From: Lama guanicoe
Taxonomy: Eukaryota
Assembly (NCBI GenBank): GCA_013239625.1
Contig: MU053557.1
Coordinates: forward strand, 3,006,291 to 3,070,122
Length of the DNA: 63,832 nt
Direction: 5' to 3'
The notes beneath the pieces are model-generated. The model made no database searches, was not told the origin of the DNA, and was given only the letters and a program-made list of their open reading frames with translations. The position numbers and the translations under genes were made by a program. Positions 1 through 13,467 of this stretch are shown here, piece after piece (within the stretch, counting starts at the first letter, position 1; the number at the start of each line of letters is the position of its first letter).

Positions 1-779
1 AAATGACAAATGCTGGAGAGGCTGTGGAGAAAGGGGAACACTCCTACACTGCTGGTGGGAATGCAGTTTGGTGCAGCCACTATGGAAAACAGTGTGGAGA
101 GTCCTCAAAAGACTAGGAATAGACTTACCATAAGACCCAGGAATCCCACTCCGGGGCTTGTATCCAGAAGGAACCCTACTTCAGGATGACACCTGCACCC
201 CAATGTTCATAGCAGCACTATTTACAATAGCCAAAACATGGAAACAGCCTTAATGTCCATCAAAAGGTGACTGGATAAAGAAGATGTGGTATATTTATAC
301 AACGGAATACTACTCAGCCATAAAAACCGACAACATAATGCCATTTGCAGCAACATGGGTGCTCCTGGAGAATGTCATTCTAAGTGAAGTAAGCCAGAAA
401 GAGAAAGAAAAATACCATATGAGATCACTCATATGTGGAATCTAAAAAACAAAAACAAAAACAAACAAACAAACAAAAACAAAGTGTAAATACGAGACAG
501 AAATACACTCATAGACAGAGAATACAGACTTGTGGTTGCCAGGGGGGTAGAGGGTGGGAAGGGATAGACTGGGATTTCAAAATTGTAGAATAGATAAACA
601 AGATTACACTGTATAGCACAGGGAAATATACACAAAACGTTATGATAACTCACAAAGAAAAAAATGTGACAATGAGTGTGTATATGTCCATGAATGACTG
701 CAAAATTGTGCTGAACACTGGAATTTGACACAACATTGTAAAATGATTATAAATCAATAAAAAATGTTAAAAAAAAAAA
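1..779 (+). mobile_element. L1 LINE 3' end (ORF2 C-terminus + 3'UTR + poly-A), relatively young lineage-specific type; 5' part outside the window
   Basis: Typical ORF2 3' sequence (aaatgctggagaggctgtggagaaagggg...; ccatttgcagcaacatgg), 3'UTR, aataaa at 756 and A tail to 779. Confidence 0.9.
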
Positions 780-2759
780 GAAAAGGATAAAGCAAAGGGG
801 ATTCAAATTTGCACTTATATTTCAGCTAAGTTATCCTTATCGCAACTTTTAGAAAACGCCAAACCTCTCCCAGTTGTGTTTATAATGCGATGAGTAATAA
901 CATACTCCCTATTCTCTGCTCACAGCGGAACTCAGATGATGATTCCATTACAACCCTTCCCCAGGTAGTCCTGTATTTGGAAGCTAAGCTGACTTTATCT
1001 CCAGGTTCCAGAGTGGATTCTGACGGCCAAAATCAAAGTAATCTCTGTTGCCACGGGCACAGTGATTCCTTCAGTTAACTTTAGCTTAAAGCAAGCAGTA
1101 CATGCATTCCCCTGACTAGAGAATTTAGCTAAATTTAGTTCAATGAGGTATATACTGATGACATGGTATGTGGACATGAAGCTAGAAACCACAGTAGCCA
1201 TAGGGGAGTTTGGTCAGTGAGCAATATAGACACCATCAAAAGTGCTGAGAACTTCATAAGTATTATTTGTGTTATTCCCCTAAAGTTCCTGATAGTTTCT
1301 GTGAAAAGTTTGACAGCCCTGTACCCTTCCCATGGGTAAGTATTTCTAGGACATCGTCATTCAAATTAGCACATACAGTTTGCAATTCATCCATGCTACA
1401 GAAGTCACCGATGCTATTTCATCCAACTAACGTGCATGAAAACGCATCCTCCTCCAGTGCTCCTGACCCTGTCACTGTTACCTTTCCTGAAGCACTAACC
1501 TTCCATGCCTTTTGTGGGCAGTGCAAGGATAGGGAGGTATTTCCTAGCACAGATAATGAGCACTCGGTTCTGTTTCCACTCAGGAAAGTCACGAACTGCA
1601 GGTGAACAGCTAAAGTGCGTTTCACAGTTTAACATTTATTAAGCATAATTCCTTCAACTTGGTTTGTTCTAAGTTTCATCTTGCTTTGTTGAATTTGAAG
1701 TATCTTTCCCTTCACTGGGAAATGCCCCCGTAGAAGCCTCCATTTCTTTTCCTTGGAATAAGAAATATTATCAAAAGCGAGTAACTTGCTTTTTAGTATT
1801 AGAAAGCTGTTGTCAAAGAAGTGTGCACCCACAAAAGAAAGGCATTTCTTCCAACTCCTTAAAAGGGTAGGAAATGAAAGGGTTTTCTTCACCCCAGGAC
1901 TGGCCCTCATATCTGGTCTTGGGTTTCTCCATATGTGGCCCGCCCCCACCCCCAGCAATTCTGTATTTCCAGGTGGCCAATTCCTCATGGTCAGGAAAAA
2001 GCTAGTTTATAGGAATGAACTCCCAACAAATATATCTACTTAAATACTCTTAAATCCACCCTTTATTTTACCTACACAGCAGCTGTTGCCCCATTTTAAG
2101 GCCCCATCGTTCTCACCTAGATTACAGCCTTCTCACCATTTTCCCTTCATCCTCTTTCTCCCTCTTCCAGTTTCTACACCTTTTTCCTGCCAGACCTGTC
2201 TTTCTAAATGGCAAATCTGATGAACACCTGACTCTCCTCTGTAAAAACCTCTCAACAGCTGTCTGTTATCTTCCGGGTAAAATCCAACTTCATGGTCTAG
2301 TGTCAAAACCTTTTGTCATCTGGCCCTGATGCACAGACAGCCACGTGTCTGCCAACTCCCGTCACCTGTCTCTGCCGCAATACATCTTGCTTACTGCAGG
2401 TGCAATCTTGGGGGCTGCATTTTGAAAGAAACACTTTTTAAGAAGTTCTTTTTCCTATATATTTTTCCAAATGTTTTTCTTTCAACATACGGTGTTTTTA
2501 TGTCCCTAGCATTGATATTTGTGGATAACGTAAGGTAGGAATCTCTCATTATTGTCTTTCATATGAGCAACTAGTCAAATCAATGGCATTTAACCAACTG
2601 ATACCCTTAAGTTGGACATTGCCAATTTTTGAAATTTTAAAAGCGATCTTAGACATTGGGGGGGGGTAGGTAAGCAAGAGCTCTTTAAAATTTGACCCCA
2701 CCCTGTTTTTCAGCTTAGGATTTCTTGAACGAGATACAAAAAGCACAACACAAAAAGAA

Positions 2760-3060
2760 AAAAAAATGACAGATTCATCGCATTAAACTTTATCAACAGG
2801 TCCTATAAACAAAACGAAAAGTTTAGCTGCAGACTAGAAATACACGTTTGTCACATGTATATTTGACATAGGGCTAATATCTAGGATATATAACGAGCCC
2901 TTACAAATTAATAAAAAGAGGAAAAAAAACAGAAATGTGGGCAAAAGTTTTTCAAGAGGCCACTCACAGAAGAGGCAACCGAATCAACCTGTTTTAAAAT
3001 GCTAAAGTCAGGACATACACAATAAAAACACAAGAAAATGTTCTATACATTTAAAATTTG
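2760..3060 (+). mobile_element. Old degenerate L1 ORF2 fragment
   Basis: A-rich and resembles L1 ORF2 (gggctaatatctaggatatataacgagcccttacaaattaataa...tgggcaaaag). Confidence 0.55.
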
Positions 3061-5080
3061 CTGAGGGTAGACTTCACATCATGAATTTTTATCAAAATTA
3101 ACATATGACACAATAAACAATGAAAAACAGCAGAAAAGAAGGGCAAGTAAGAGAAATCTGTAGAGACAGAATGCTGATGTTGATGGGGCAGCGGTAACCC
3201 TGTGCCCTGCTGATGGAAGGCACGTGGTCCAGATACTTGGGTACCAGAGAACTTTGTTACACTTAATGGACCATGTCTGGGGTCTAGGGCTGTGAATCTG
3301 GCTTAGGGTTTTGAACCTGGAACAAGATCTCAGTTTATAAAGTGAGCAACACATGAGATGAAAAAGACTACAGAAAAGAGAGATTTCAGGAAGAAGAGTG
3401 TCCAGTAGAGTATCAATCCACAGGGCCCTATAGCAAGCTGAGGACCAGGTAATAGGCCAAGACATCTGAACAGGTAGACAGAGGGACAGAACTGAAGTTT
3501 CCCAAGCAAGGAGGATAGAATTCCCGGGTCTTTCTCCAGTGTGGCTACAGGACCCCATGAAAGGATCTGCAGACACTCCCAAGGGCAGGGGTATTAAGCC
3601 AGTTTCAAGCAATCAACCAATTCCTTTAAATTGGGTGCAAAATTTGTGCACCTCTGTGTTGGAGGAGGAGTCTGCATTCTTCAAGGTCCCACAGCCAGGG
3701 AGCTGTGGATCCAGGATTCACAGCCATGCCTTGCTACTGGCTTAAATACCTGCCATTTTGGTTCAAAATCTAATCCTGCCCATTCTTCCTTTTCTCTTTC
3801 CGACTGAAGAAAATTAACCTCCCAATATGTATTGAGAAGCTTAGTTCTGGCACTGTTGAGAATACAATCTAGCCCAAGACACTACCCCTCCTACCCTCAA
3901 GGCTCTGGTCCTATGGGTAGAAGAATAATATTTAGTGAAACATTCACATGTTTTGTTCTAGGGTTTCTCTCTTCCTCTCCATAAAGATAGCCGAGCCCTT
4001 TGCACTTCTGTTTCCTAGGATTTTTGCAGGGATCCAGCAGAGATGGTCACAGGACAGCTCCCCTTTTCTCCATCCCTCCTCACTCTCTCTTCCTCTTTCT
4101 CTCTCCTGGGATTGAAAATGTGAGCTCACAAAAGCAATGATGATCAGGAGAAAGGAGCAAGGAAGTACCTTTGTGGGCAGCCAAAGAAAGGCTTCGACGT
4201 CTAACACATCTTTTCCACTGGGGGTCAGAGCCTTCCTGACTCTGAGACTACCCAGAGAAGTGGGGCACTAGGCTACCAGCCTAGACCAGGGTCCTGTAAG
4301 CAAGAAACACAAGCAGCAGTTGCTGGCCCCCAGGAGACCAGTGTAAACAGAAGCCCCAAGAGCAGGGTCCCCCCGACCTTGGACGCGCTGTAACACTCAT
4401 GGACTGTTAGACAGTTGGGGTTGGTGAGAGTTGACGGGAGCCCTAGTAATGACAGATTGAATTTTTCATCAGTCTAGTAAGGTAGAGACTCAACATATTA
4501 CATTCTACTTATTAATAACAATGACAACAACAAATGTGACATTTCTTACATACCCTTGTTTGCACAAGTTAAGATTCGTAGCACCTTCATTAGAAATTGT
4601 AGAATGTGAGAGTTGGAGTGATCCTTAAAATTCATCCAACTTCATCATCTCATTATGTAAATGAACCTGATCCAGGAAGCCAAGTGATTTCCAAAGATCA
4701 GAGAACCACAAAAGCAGGACCACAAGTAAAGAACACTGGGGTATTCTATGCAGCACTGTTTCCACAGCCCCATGCTACCTAGTTGAAAAAAGGAGTGTTC
4801 TGAACACCTAGGGCATCTCCAAGCATTTTACAATGGAAAAAAAAAAACAGCCAACAATACAAAAACCAAACAGAAATGAAGGTGGAGAACAGAATCCCAG
4901 GCCCCCAGGTAAGGTGGCTAGGGTTCTCAAAAGACAAACTTGTCTTCAGAAGCAAACTCTGCCTCATACTGCCCTCTGGTGGATTGTAGTAAAAATGTCT
5001 GCTCGGCTCTCATGCCGATAAATGTAAAGCGAACTTGAAACTATTAGATTAAATTTAAGAAATGAGAGGGGGGAAAAAAA

Positions 5081-5501
5081 GCCTAAGTGTCCATCAACAG
5101 ATGAATAGATGAAGAAGATGTGGTATATATGTAAAATAGAATTCTACTCAGCCATAGAAACGAACAAAATTTTGCCATTTGCAGCACCATGGATGAACTT
5201 GGAAGGCATTATGCTAAGTGAAATAAGTCAGAGAAAGATAAATACTACATATGACAGCACTTGCATGTGGAATCTAAAAAAAAAAATGCAACAAACCAGA
5301 GAATATAACAAAAAGAAACAAACTCACAGATGTAAAGAACAAACTAGTGGTTACCTGTCAGGAGAGGGAAGAGGAAAGGGGCTCTCTAGGGGTGGGGGAA
5401 AGAGGGTTCTTATGGGATTATATGAAATCGTGTGTGCAAAACTTGAAAATTGTAAAGCACTATAGATTTTAAAGAATCTTTCATTCAAAAGAAAAAAAAA
5501 A
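5081..5501 (+). mobile_element. 5'-truncated L1 3' end
   Basis: The ORF at 5109 translates to an L1 ORF2 C-terminus (KKMWYI..E(F)YSAI..ILPFAA.WMNLEGIMLSEISQ), followed by 3'UTR and an A-rich tail. Confidence 0.85.
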
Positions 5502-7019
5502 CTTAAAATGTATGCTGTACAAAGTGGGGGGAACCCCAGAGCAACAGATGTATTTGCCGGGGAGAGTGGGGAAGTGCCCCCAAGGCTGAATGGACCTTTT
5601 TAAAGTTCGGCCTTTTGTGGCATTTGCTACAGGAGGCAGGAGATCACAGCGTTAAGTGTGGGGATTTTAGAGTCAGATGGACTGGCTCTGCTGATGGCCA
5701 GTGTTCCCTCTCTCTTTAACTTGTTCATTTTAATTCTCTCAAGAACTCAAAAGCACAGCCCACGGAGCCAGACTATCCAGGTTGGAATCCCAGCCTAGTC
5801 ACCTACCAACTGTGCGAATTTGCCAGGGTCACTGCCTTATCTATGCTAAGAGAGTATTTTTTTTTTTTTGCACTCTCTTATCTCTGTGCTTTTTGTACTC
5901 TTTGTATCTTATGAAGACACAAAGCAATTTTTCTCTGGGTCATGTTACTTGTATACATACCTGCCTTCCTCAATATACCAGGATCACCTAATCATATTAG
6001 CAACATTAGGAAATGTGTACAGAGCTTTGATCTTATCCTTTATCTTATGAGTTGAGAAATCTATGTGCATTGTACTCATTAACACTCATGAGACCTGCAG
6101 AACAGCACCACACTTTCCATTCCCATGATCTAGATAGAGAAACTGAGCTCGACTATCATGTAATGTGTACCTGGTTTACACAGCTAATGAGTTGGCACTG
6201 TCATCATTTGAACTCAAACAGATGAAATGCAAACATGATTACTCAAACTGGGATCTGCGGACCCTTGGGGGTGTTCAGGGACATAATTTTAGGTTTTCAC
6301 ATTCAACTCAATTTTTTTAACTTTGCGTTTATTTTGATATTCTAAAACATGGACTACCAGCACTTCTTGAATGTCCAGTTGGCCACTTCCTAAGCAAGCA
6401 CTGCTGCGTGATTTCCGTGCCTGCATTCACCCCTGTGCTTATGTTCACATTGGTACTTGGTGGCACTACTGTGACTGTCACAGGCTAATCAGGAAAGAAC
6501 TGAGGAAGAGCCAGTATGTCAACGTCAAGCTCAAGCAACATGCCAGCCAAATGCTCATCACAAACAAAGGTGTCTTGGTATTTTTCATGGAGAAAAGTGG
6601 TGGCAGAATTGAACCATCTCGGCCCACAGCACTGGAGGCAAGCCACATCAAAAAAAATTCCCTCCATGGAATCACTACCATCTCCCTGCTGGGACTGGCA
6701 GCTTAATTTCAGTAAAGCAAGATTCACATCCCCCATAAAAGTGTGTTAACTTGAGTAGTGTTAGCTTCATTCCTTTTTTATGTTTAACTTCCAAATATAT
6801 TTTGGTTTTATAGTTTAATATGAGCTCTAAGCCTTAGAAACATATACCCCAATTTATGTTTTCACTTACAGTAACATTATAATGAAAAACAAATTAACTA
6901 AACCAGCTGACTGTAAGATTTTTTTTTCTCATTTAAAAAGAGTCAGCGTATTTTTCAATTGTGAGGACATGGCATCATAATCCAGTGCTCCTTAAAAGTA
7001 GGGAGTATAAAGGAATTGT

Positions 7020-7140
7020 TCAGAGTTTGAGTTCTAAAGTCACACCACATGGGACTGAGTCTCAGCTCTAACACCTGTTAGCTATGGGATCTTGGACAAG
7101 TCACTTTTCTCTAAGATTCAGTTTCATAACTGATTAGATA
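7020..7140 (+). mobile_element. MIR SINE fragment
   Basis: MIR core-like: tagctatgggatcttggacaagtcacttttctctaagattcagtttc. Confidence 0.6.
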
Positions 7141-8084
7141 GGAGAAATAAGGTTGGAGACATGGAGCAAAGAGAAATGAAATTCATTTCATAAAATGATA
7201 TAAGAAGTAGTTGTATTTGGCACGACAGAACCGTCTACAGCTCATAATGTGAACAGTAAAACACATGGAGATATTCCTTGCCCAGAGAATAAGTGGATTC
7301 ACTTGCAGACTTTGATACATGGCTTGCCTGACTGTGATGGTGAGTGGAGAACTTACTAGATGGAGGGAGAGAATTTACCTCTTATAAAACACAGCCTATC
7401 ATTCCTGAGATGAGCAGTGAAATCACATGGTTCATATGCAGCCACTTAATTTCTTAGAGCATCTTCCTCTTATTTTAAAGAGTAACTTTCAAAAATCTGG
7501 GATTGTTTCCAATGAGGCAATTAGATGGGTTTCCCAGAATTCATTTCTTATTTCCAACCAACTGCATTTTTTTAAAACCCATCTTCTCTTTGCATGTCTT
7601 TGTGGTCCAGAAGAGAGGAAATTTACTGCAGGTATAACTTTATTTCATTAGGGAGTCAGCATCCTGCTGACCCACGGTCTGGCCAAGTCACTTGGAATCA
7701 TTTCAGAGAAAGAAAAGTAATATTTATAAGAAAGAATGTGATTCTCAAACACCAGGAATAGTCAGTTGAGACTTGATGACTTTTTTTTTAATTACATAAT
7801 ACTAACCATTATGCCATTGGAGAATGTCTTAAGTGAAAGAAACCTGGCCAGTTACAGCCAGTGCTGTGCAGTAAAATGGCCATGCATTTTAGACTCAGAC
7901 AGTTTTAGATCTGAATCCTAGCTTGACTCTTAGTAAAGGAAACCTGAAAATGTTTCTTTACCTCCTTTTCACTTGACAGCCTAAATTTTAGCAATTTCTA
8001 CTCCTTTACTTTCTACCTTCCCAGCAGGATCTTCTGACCCAGTAACCTGTTGTGACCATTTCAGAGGGCTTGATATAGTCCATT

Positions 8085-8860
8085 GCATTCATTCGTGTAT
8101 TCCTTTGTTCAGCAAACACTTATTGACTGACTACTCTTTGCCATGTATTCTAATACCTACCGGGATTCGATGGCACGAAAAGGAGACAAGTTGCCTGTTC
8201 TGAAGGAGTTCATCTTTCATTGGAAAAATCAGAAAATACACACAGAAACAAATAAGTTAAGCAAGATATTTTCAAACCTGAACAAATGCTAAACATGGTG
8301 CTATGACGGCAATAAAGCCAGTCCATAGATACTGATGGGGTCTTTCCTGGAGGCTCCTTTAATCACGATGGCCATGGAAGTTCTTTCAAACCAGGGGAGT
8401 CGAGGGCTAAGGAGTGAGAAGCAGCTGGCTATGTGAAGATCTGAGGAAAGAGATCCTAGGCAGAAGAAACCACAAATACAGAAGCTGGGATAGAGGAGCT
8501 TGGGCAGACCCAGGGATCAGTAAGAGGGTGGCTGAAGCACAGTAAGCCCAGAGGAGCAGGCAGGAGATGACATCAGTGAGCCAGATCACATCAGACCCAG
8601 TAAGCCATGGTTAGGAGTTTGGATTCCAATCCAAGTGAGATAGGAAATTATTGACGGACTCTAATCAGGGAAGTCATAGGATCAGGCTGCTAGGTGGGCA
8701 ATACATTGTAATGAATCAAGAGAGGGAGACTAGTTAGGTAACTATTTCACAGTCCAGGTGACAGATGATGATGGCTTAGACAGAGGTTACACAAGAGAGG
8801 ATGGAGAGAATGAAATTAGAGGGAAGTGAATGGATTCAGTACACATTTTAGAAGTAGAAC
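8085..8860 (-). mobile_element. L2 LINE 3' fragment
   Basis: Begins with the reverse complement of the L2 terminus (cattcattc...cagcaaacacttattga), followed by purine-rich L2-like sequence. Confidence 0.7.
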
Positions 8861-9303
8861 GGACAGAACCATTATGAAATGTTGTCTCTTCAGTGTCTTT
8901 AATGCCCGTTTTTTGAATGGAAATCAGGATTATGATGCTCTGCTGTCCTTGCCTACTTTGTCAAGACCCAGAAGAGCTATAGTAAATTGTCTGACTCTGT
9001 TGGGGTGGAGTGCTAAAATCTACATCGTCCAACAAGTGCACACGTCTGTCCAGGGTTCTGAAACATGCTTCCTCTCTCCGGGATCTTATATGCTAAAACA
9101 AAGCATGGTCACAGAAAGAAAAAATTCAATGAGTATGTTGGCCACATAAAGTTTTAAAAGGGCTATTAACCAATGGAGCAGTTGTATTTGTTCAGAATTT
9201 GGGACTGGAATTTGGGGACTGTGTCTTTTGGGGCAGGGGATAGAAACCACCTTCTGTTTACTTAATTCTGAAATATTCCAGCTTCCTTGGTATCTTGAAT
9301 AAG

Positions 9304-9305
<2 letters not shown>

Positions 9306-9345
<40 letters not shown>
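9306..9345. repeat. (GT)20 microsatellite
   Basis: Read directly from the sequence. Confidence 0.97.
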
Positions 9346-9348
<3 letters not shown>

Positions 9349-9559
9349 TGTATGAAATCAATAGGGCAAAATATCGATGAAGTATCTGGAGCCTGAACTA
9401 GCCTGTTGGAAAGGGAAAGAACTCCTTGGAATGTAACACAAGAGGAGATAATACGCCCTAGGTGTACCAAGAAAATGTGATTCACAAAGCATATTCTTAT
9501 AAATTTTCTCCAAAAAGCTTCAAATCCACCTTATAAGGCAGAACATAGAAAAGGAAGAC

Positions 9560-9785
9560 TTTTCTACTGAAGTATAGTTGATTCACACTGTTGTGTTAGT
9601 ACAGCATAGTTATCCAGTCATATATATATATATCCATCCACACACACACACACACATACAGATTCTTTTTCATATTCTTTTCCATTATAGGCTATTATAA
9701 GGTACTGAATATAGTTCCCTGTGCTATGCTGTAGGACCTTGTTGTTTATCTACTTTATATATAGCAGTTTGCACCTGCTAATCCA
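9560..9785 (-). mobile_element. Short L1 3'UTR end with internal (TA)n/(CA)n
   Basis: Reverse complement resembles the L1 3'UTR at 42080-42270 (atagttccctgtgctat...ttgttgtttatct). Confidence 0.85.
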
Positions 9786-12084
9786 AGACATTTATACAGA
9801 ATGTAGAAGTTAACTCAAAGATGTAAGAGATTATGTGCTTGGGAAATTTTATTACACATTATTTATATTATAAAAATAAAATACAAAGTATTAGAGATTA
9901 TTGTAAATATTCAATTTGTAGACTTCCAAACAACAGCCTGACCCAATTCTTGATCAAGACTTTTTGATGATGTCTAATCTGAGTTTTCAAAATAAAATAA
10001 AATACCTATTTGCTCAAGTATGTGATAAAAATATAATTTTCATTATTCCAATATTTGCAAAAATTGATTTTGTATAAAGATGCTAATAGTTTCTCTTTCT
10101 TTTGTTGACAAACATTGTGATAATGAAAATAAGTTTTTTAACCTTATCACTTTTTTCTTAAACGTTTCAAAAGAGTGATGGAATTTTCATTTATAGAACT
10201 CACAGGCTTGGTCAGAAAGACTGTGAAGCCAGTCTGGATAACTTTACTAAGGGCCACATTCTACTATAGAAGGATTGACATACTCCATATATGGGACAAA
10301 GAGATGTGGGTATCCAATTGTGGCTGCATCTCCCAGGTCCCCTATCCAGCTTTCCATCCCCCCAATCCCTAATGGCCACATTTTGGGCTTTGTGATATGC
10401 TCTTTAAACAACTGGACTGCAAACACCTCTGGTAGCTCCATTTGCTCTTTGTCCACAATGGGAAGTTGTGCCTAAAAAGACAGAGCTAACAGAGCCTAGA
10501 AAGCACCCAGAGATAAAAAATGGTGAATTTTTTCCACTCCAGAGCTGACTCAGATGATTTGAGGAGTGGGAGCGGGGATGGGAATACATTTTGATGTGCC
10601 CCTAACCCCTTCATCGCTATGTTCAAGAGTGTCACAGTACATGAGGCTACACAGTATACAAGGAAGATCTTGACACAGAGGAAGGAGTAGATGGTCTCAG
10701 AATGGTGACTCTGCTTTTCTGACTTTGCCACAGTCCAGAGACAAAATCAGCTCTTAAAACTGCACATTCTTTCCACTTTGTCTCATTCTCTCACGAGGCA
10801 GTAAGCTTTTAAAAATACAGCAGCACAGATCCCAAGTAGTCTTTGGGGATTCACATTTATAAGGTCACATTTCCAACTTTTACTTGTTGAATGAGAACCT
10901 GTAAGGTTATGTTATGCAAAAAGATCATGTAAAACAGTTTGCCTTTTTTCTTTTCAAAAGCATCCATTTATCCCACAGTGATGGAGTGGGAATTAATTAT
11001 ACTTTAGCCATTTGGTTTTATAAACTGAGGCAGTGGATAAAAGTTCTCCGCTCTTCAGAAACCAGGCGGCTACAAGCTTTCCATTGTAGTCATTGTTTTG
11101 AATAACCAAAAGAAACATTTCCTATTTTTATGCCTAAAATATACCGAGAGGGTTTTTATAACAGCATATTTATCATTTTGAATTTAAGAAATACATTATT
11201 CTCATGCAGTGGCCTCTTTAACAAGATAATTCTCATTACTGCTTCACTTTTGAAATAATGTCTGCTATAGGCACATTTCCATATATCGGCTATACCACAA
11301 TAAACTATAACATCTTCCAAATAGTTAAAAAAAAAAAAAAAGAAAGAAACTTTTCCTCTTCAGCTGACAGCCATGCAAAGGCAGACTGATGGCAGGAGTT
11401 TGACAGCTTGGTGCTATAAGACTTGGCGCTTACACAACTGGGATGTGGAAGGTCCTGTGCTTGCTGGGGCCCCACCATTAGCTGAGAGGAGAGTAGAATC
11501 CAGGTGGCTTTGGTGATGGGTGTGGGCAAAGAGATGCAGGTTATCTCAATAGCAGAGCACACCCAATTCTCTAAAACCACAGGAAGAATGTCTAAGAGTG
11601 GCATGGGGGGCCCCTCCTCACCATAGTCATACTATTGCCCAGAAGCAACTACCCCTCACCTGTTACTAACCTCTCAGCAGCCTACCTCCCATCTGAATCT
11701 GCCTGAACAGAGTGGCATGCAATCCTGGACCACCCTAGGATGCAGGAGACTAGCAGATGGGGATTGGACTCAGGAGAGTACCAAAGGAGCGCTCTATTTT
11801 GGGAAGGTTCTGAGGGAGCTTCATGCTTCTGTTCAGCCTGTACCTACCAGTAGGGCCATAATAATGGTTAATGACCAGTGACACTCTGGTCAATGCCCAT
11901 GCCAGACAATTGTTAAAAGACTTTCAACATTGCTCCTGATAATGTTTACTGAGATGATGCCAGGAGCTGTGAGATTCACAGAAGATATTTCCCTTGCCCA
12001 AACAGTGCTTTTATTTGTACATATTATCAACAAAATGCCTCATTTGCAGAGGTGATACCTATTTATAAAATAGGTTACATGGTT

Positions 12085-12258
12085 TATCACCTATAATTCT
12101 CCCAACACTCCTGTGAGGCAGGTATTAGAATTATTGTCATTTTATAGGTGTAGAATCAGAGGAACAGAGAGGTTAAGCAACTTGCCCAAAGCCACACAGA
12201 GAATATTAGCTATATATATAGATATATCAAACCCAGGCAGTCTAATTCTAGAGCAAAC
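12085..12258 (-). mobile_element. MIR SINE fragment followed by (TG)n (12259-12281)
   Basis: cattttataggtgtagaatcagaggaacagagaggttaagcaacttgcccaaagccacacag is the reverse MIR core. Confidence 0.75.
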
Positions 12259-12428
12259 TGTGTGTGTGTGTGTGTGTGTGTTTAAGGCAAACAAGGAACT
12301 GTAGATAATGATACATATTCACAGATTTTAAAAAGTATGAAAGACATTGAAACTTCCATCCCACCAGTGGTAGCCTTGGTCAGGAGGTAAAGAATAAGCT
12401 GGACACTTTTTTTGGAGACACAGGTTAA

Positions 12429-12793
12429 TGCTATGGTCTGAATGTTTGTGTCCCCTACAAAATCAGTATGTTGAAATTCCAGTGTCCAGCATGATGGTAT
12501 TAGAAGGAAAGGCCTTTTAGGGGTCTTTAAGTCATGAGGGTGGAACTTCATGAATGGGATTAATCCCTTATAAAAGAGGTTCCAGAGAGCTCTCAAGCCA
12601 CTCCCACCATATGAGGACACAGGGAGAAGACACTGGCTGTGAACAACAAAGAGGACCCTCACCAGAAGGTGAGCGTGCTGGCACCTCGATGTTGGACTTC
12701 TCAGCTCCCAGGACTATGAACAATAAATTTCTATTGTTTGTAAGCCACCCAGTTTGTGGTATTTTATTTTAGCAATCTAAATGGACTCAGAGA
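12429..12793 (+). mobile_element. MaLR LTR, MLT1A-like
   Basis: Starts tgctatggtctgaatgtttgtgtcccc; internal catgagggtgga...atgggatta; aataaatttctattgttt...agccacccagtttgtggtatttt near the end. Confidence 0.85.
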
Positions 12794-13069
12794 ATTGGTA
12801 GCCATAGTTTTTGCTCAAGGAAAACTCTCAGCGTACACAGCAGATTTCAGTAACTCCCTCCGCTGCTCAGAGTAACTACTGAGGAGAGCACACTCACTGA
12901 TGAATTCGAGAAGTATTTAGTAATAGCCTCTATGTTCAAAGCACTGAGGTAGATGTTGGGGATGTAAAAAATAAAAAGGACTCTACTCTTAATGAATGAT
13001 CTAAAGGGGAGTTTAAATTACTATGGATTATAATATCTTGAAGCAACATGTAACAGTAAATACTTTTCT

Positions 13070-13467
13070 CCTCTGTCCATGGGTAAACTATCTAAGGAAT
13101 ATTCTACAGGTTCCCGAGAGGGTTCCTACAAGGTCCAACCTCAGTTGGCTACAGTAAGACCAATTTAATAACTCCCTCTTCTGTTATCTTTTCTTTTTTC
13201 CCTGCTTTAGTCTTCAAAGTGTTCCTCTCCCCTTTTCCTATCCCTTGAGATCACTTCCCAAAATAAACTGCCTGCAAGCAAGCCTTTGTCTTGTGTTCCA
13301 ATTTTGGGGGGAATCTAGGCTAGGCTGTTGGTCTTGGAACTGGCCCAAGAAATCAGATTCTCAGGTGAGATTCTAGAGCTGGATCACACACCTGTCAGAC
13401 AACAATCAGGATCCCTTTGCTAATGTGAGAGGGTAAAGAGAACCCCTGGCAGTGGTTGTCTCCCAGT
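13070..13467 (+). mobile_element. ERVL LTR16-like LTR (~13070-13326) plus start of internal sequence (~13327-13467)
   Basis: ccaaaataaactgcctgca...ccttt gtct...ggggaatctaggctaggc resembles the LTR16 3' end. gttggt...gattctagagctggatcac resembles the recalled ERV3-16A3_I-int 5' end. Confidence 0.6.

Noticed and set aside
3079..3612. Longest ORF in the track (177 aa, minus strand)
   Set aside because: Non-ATG start, no recognisable domain, no splice support.
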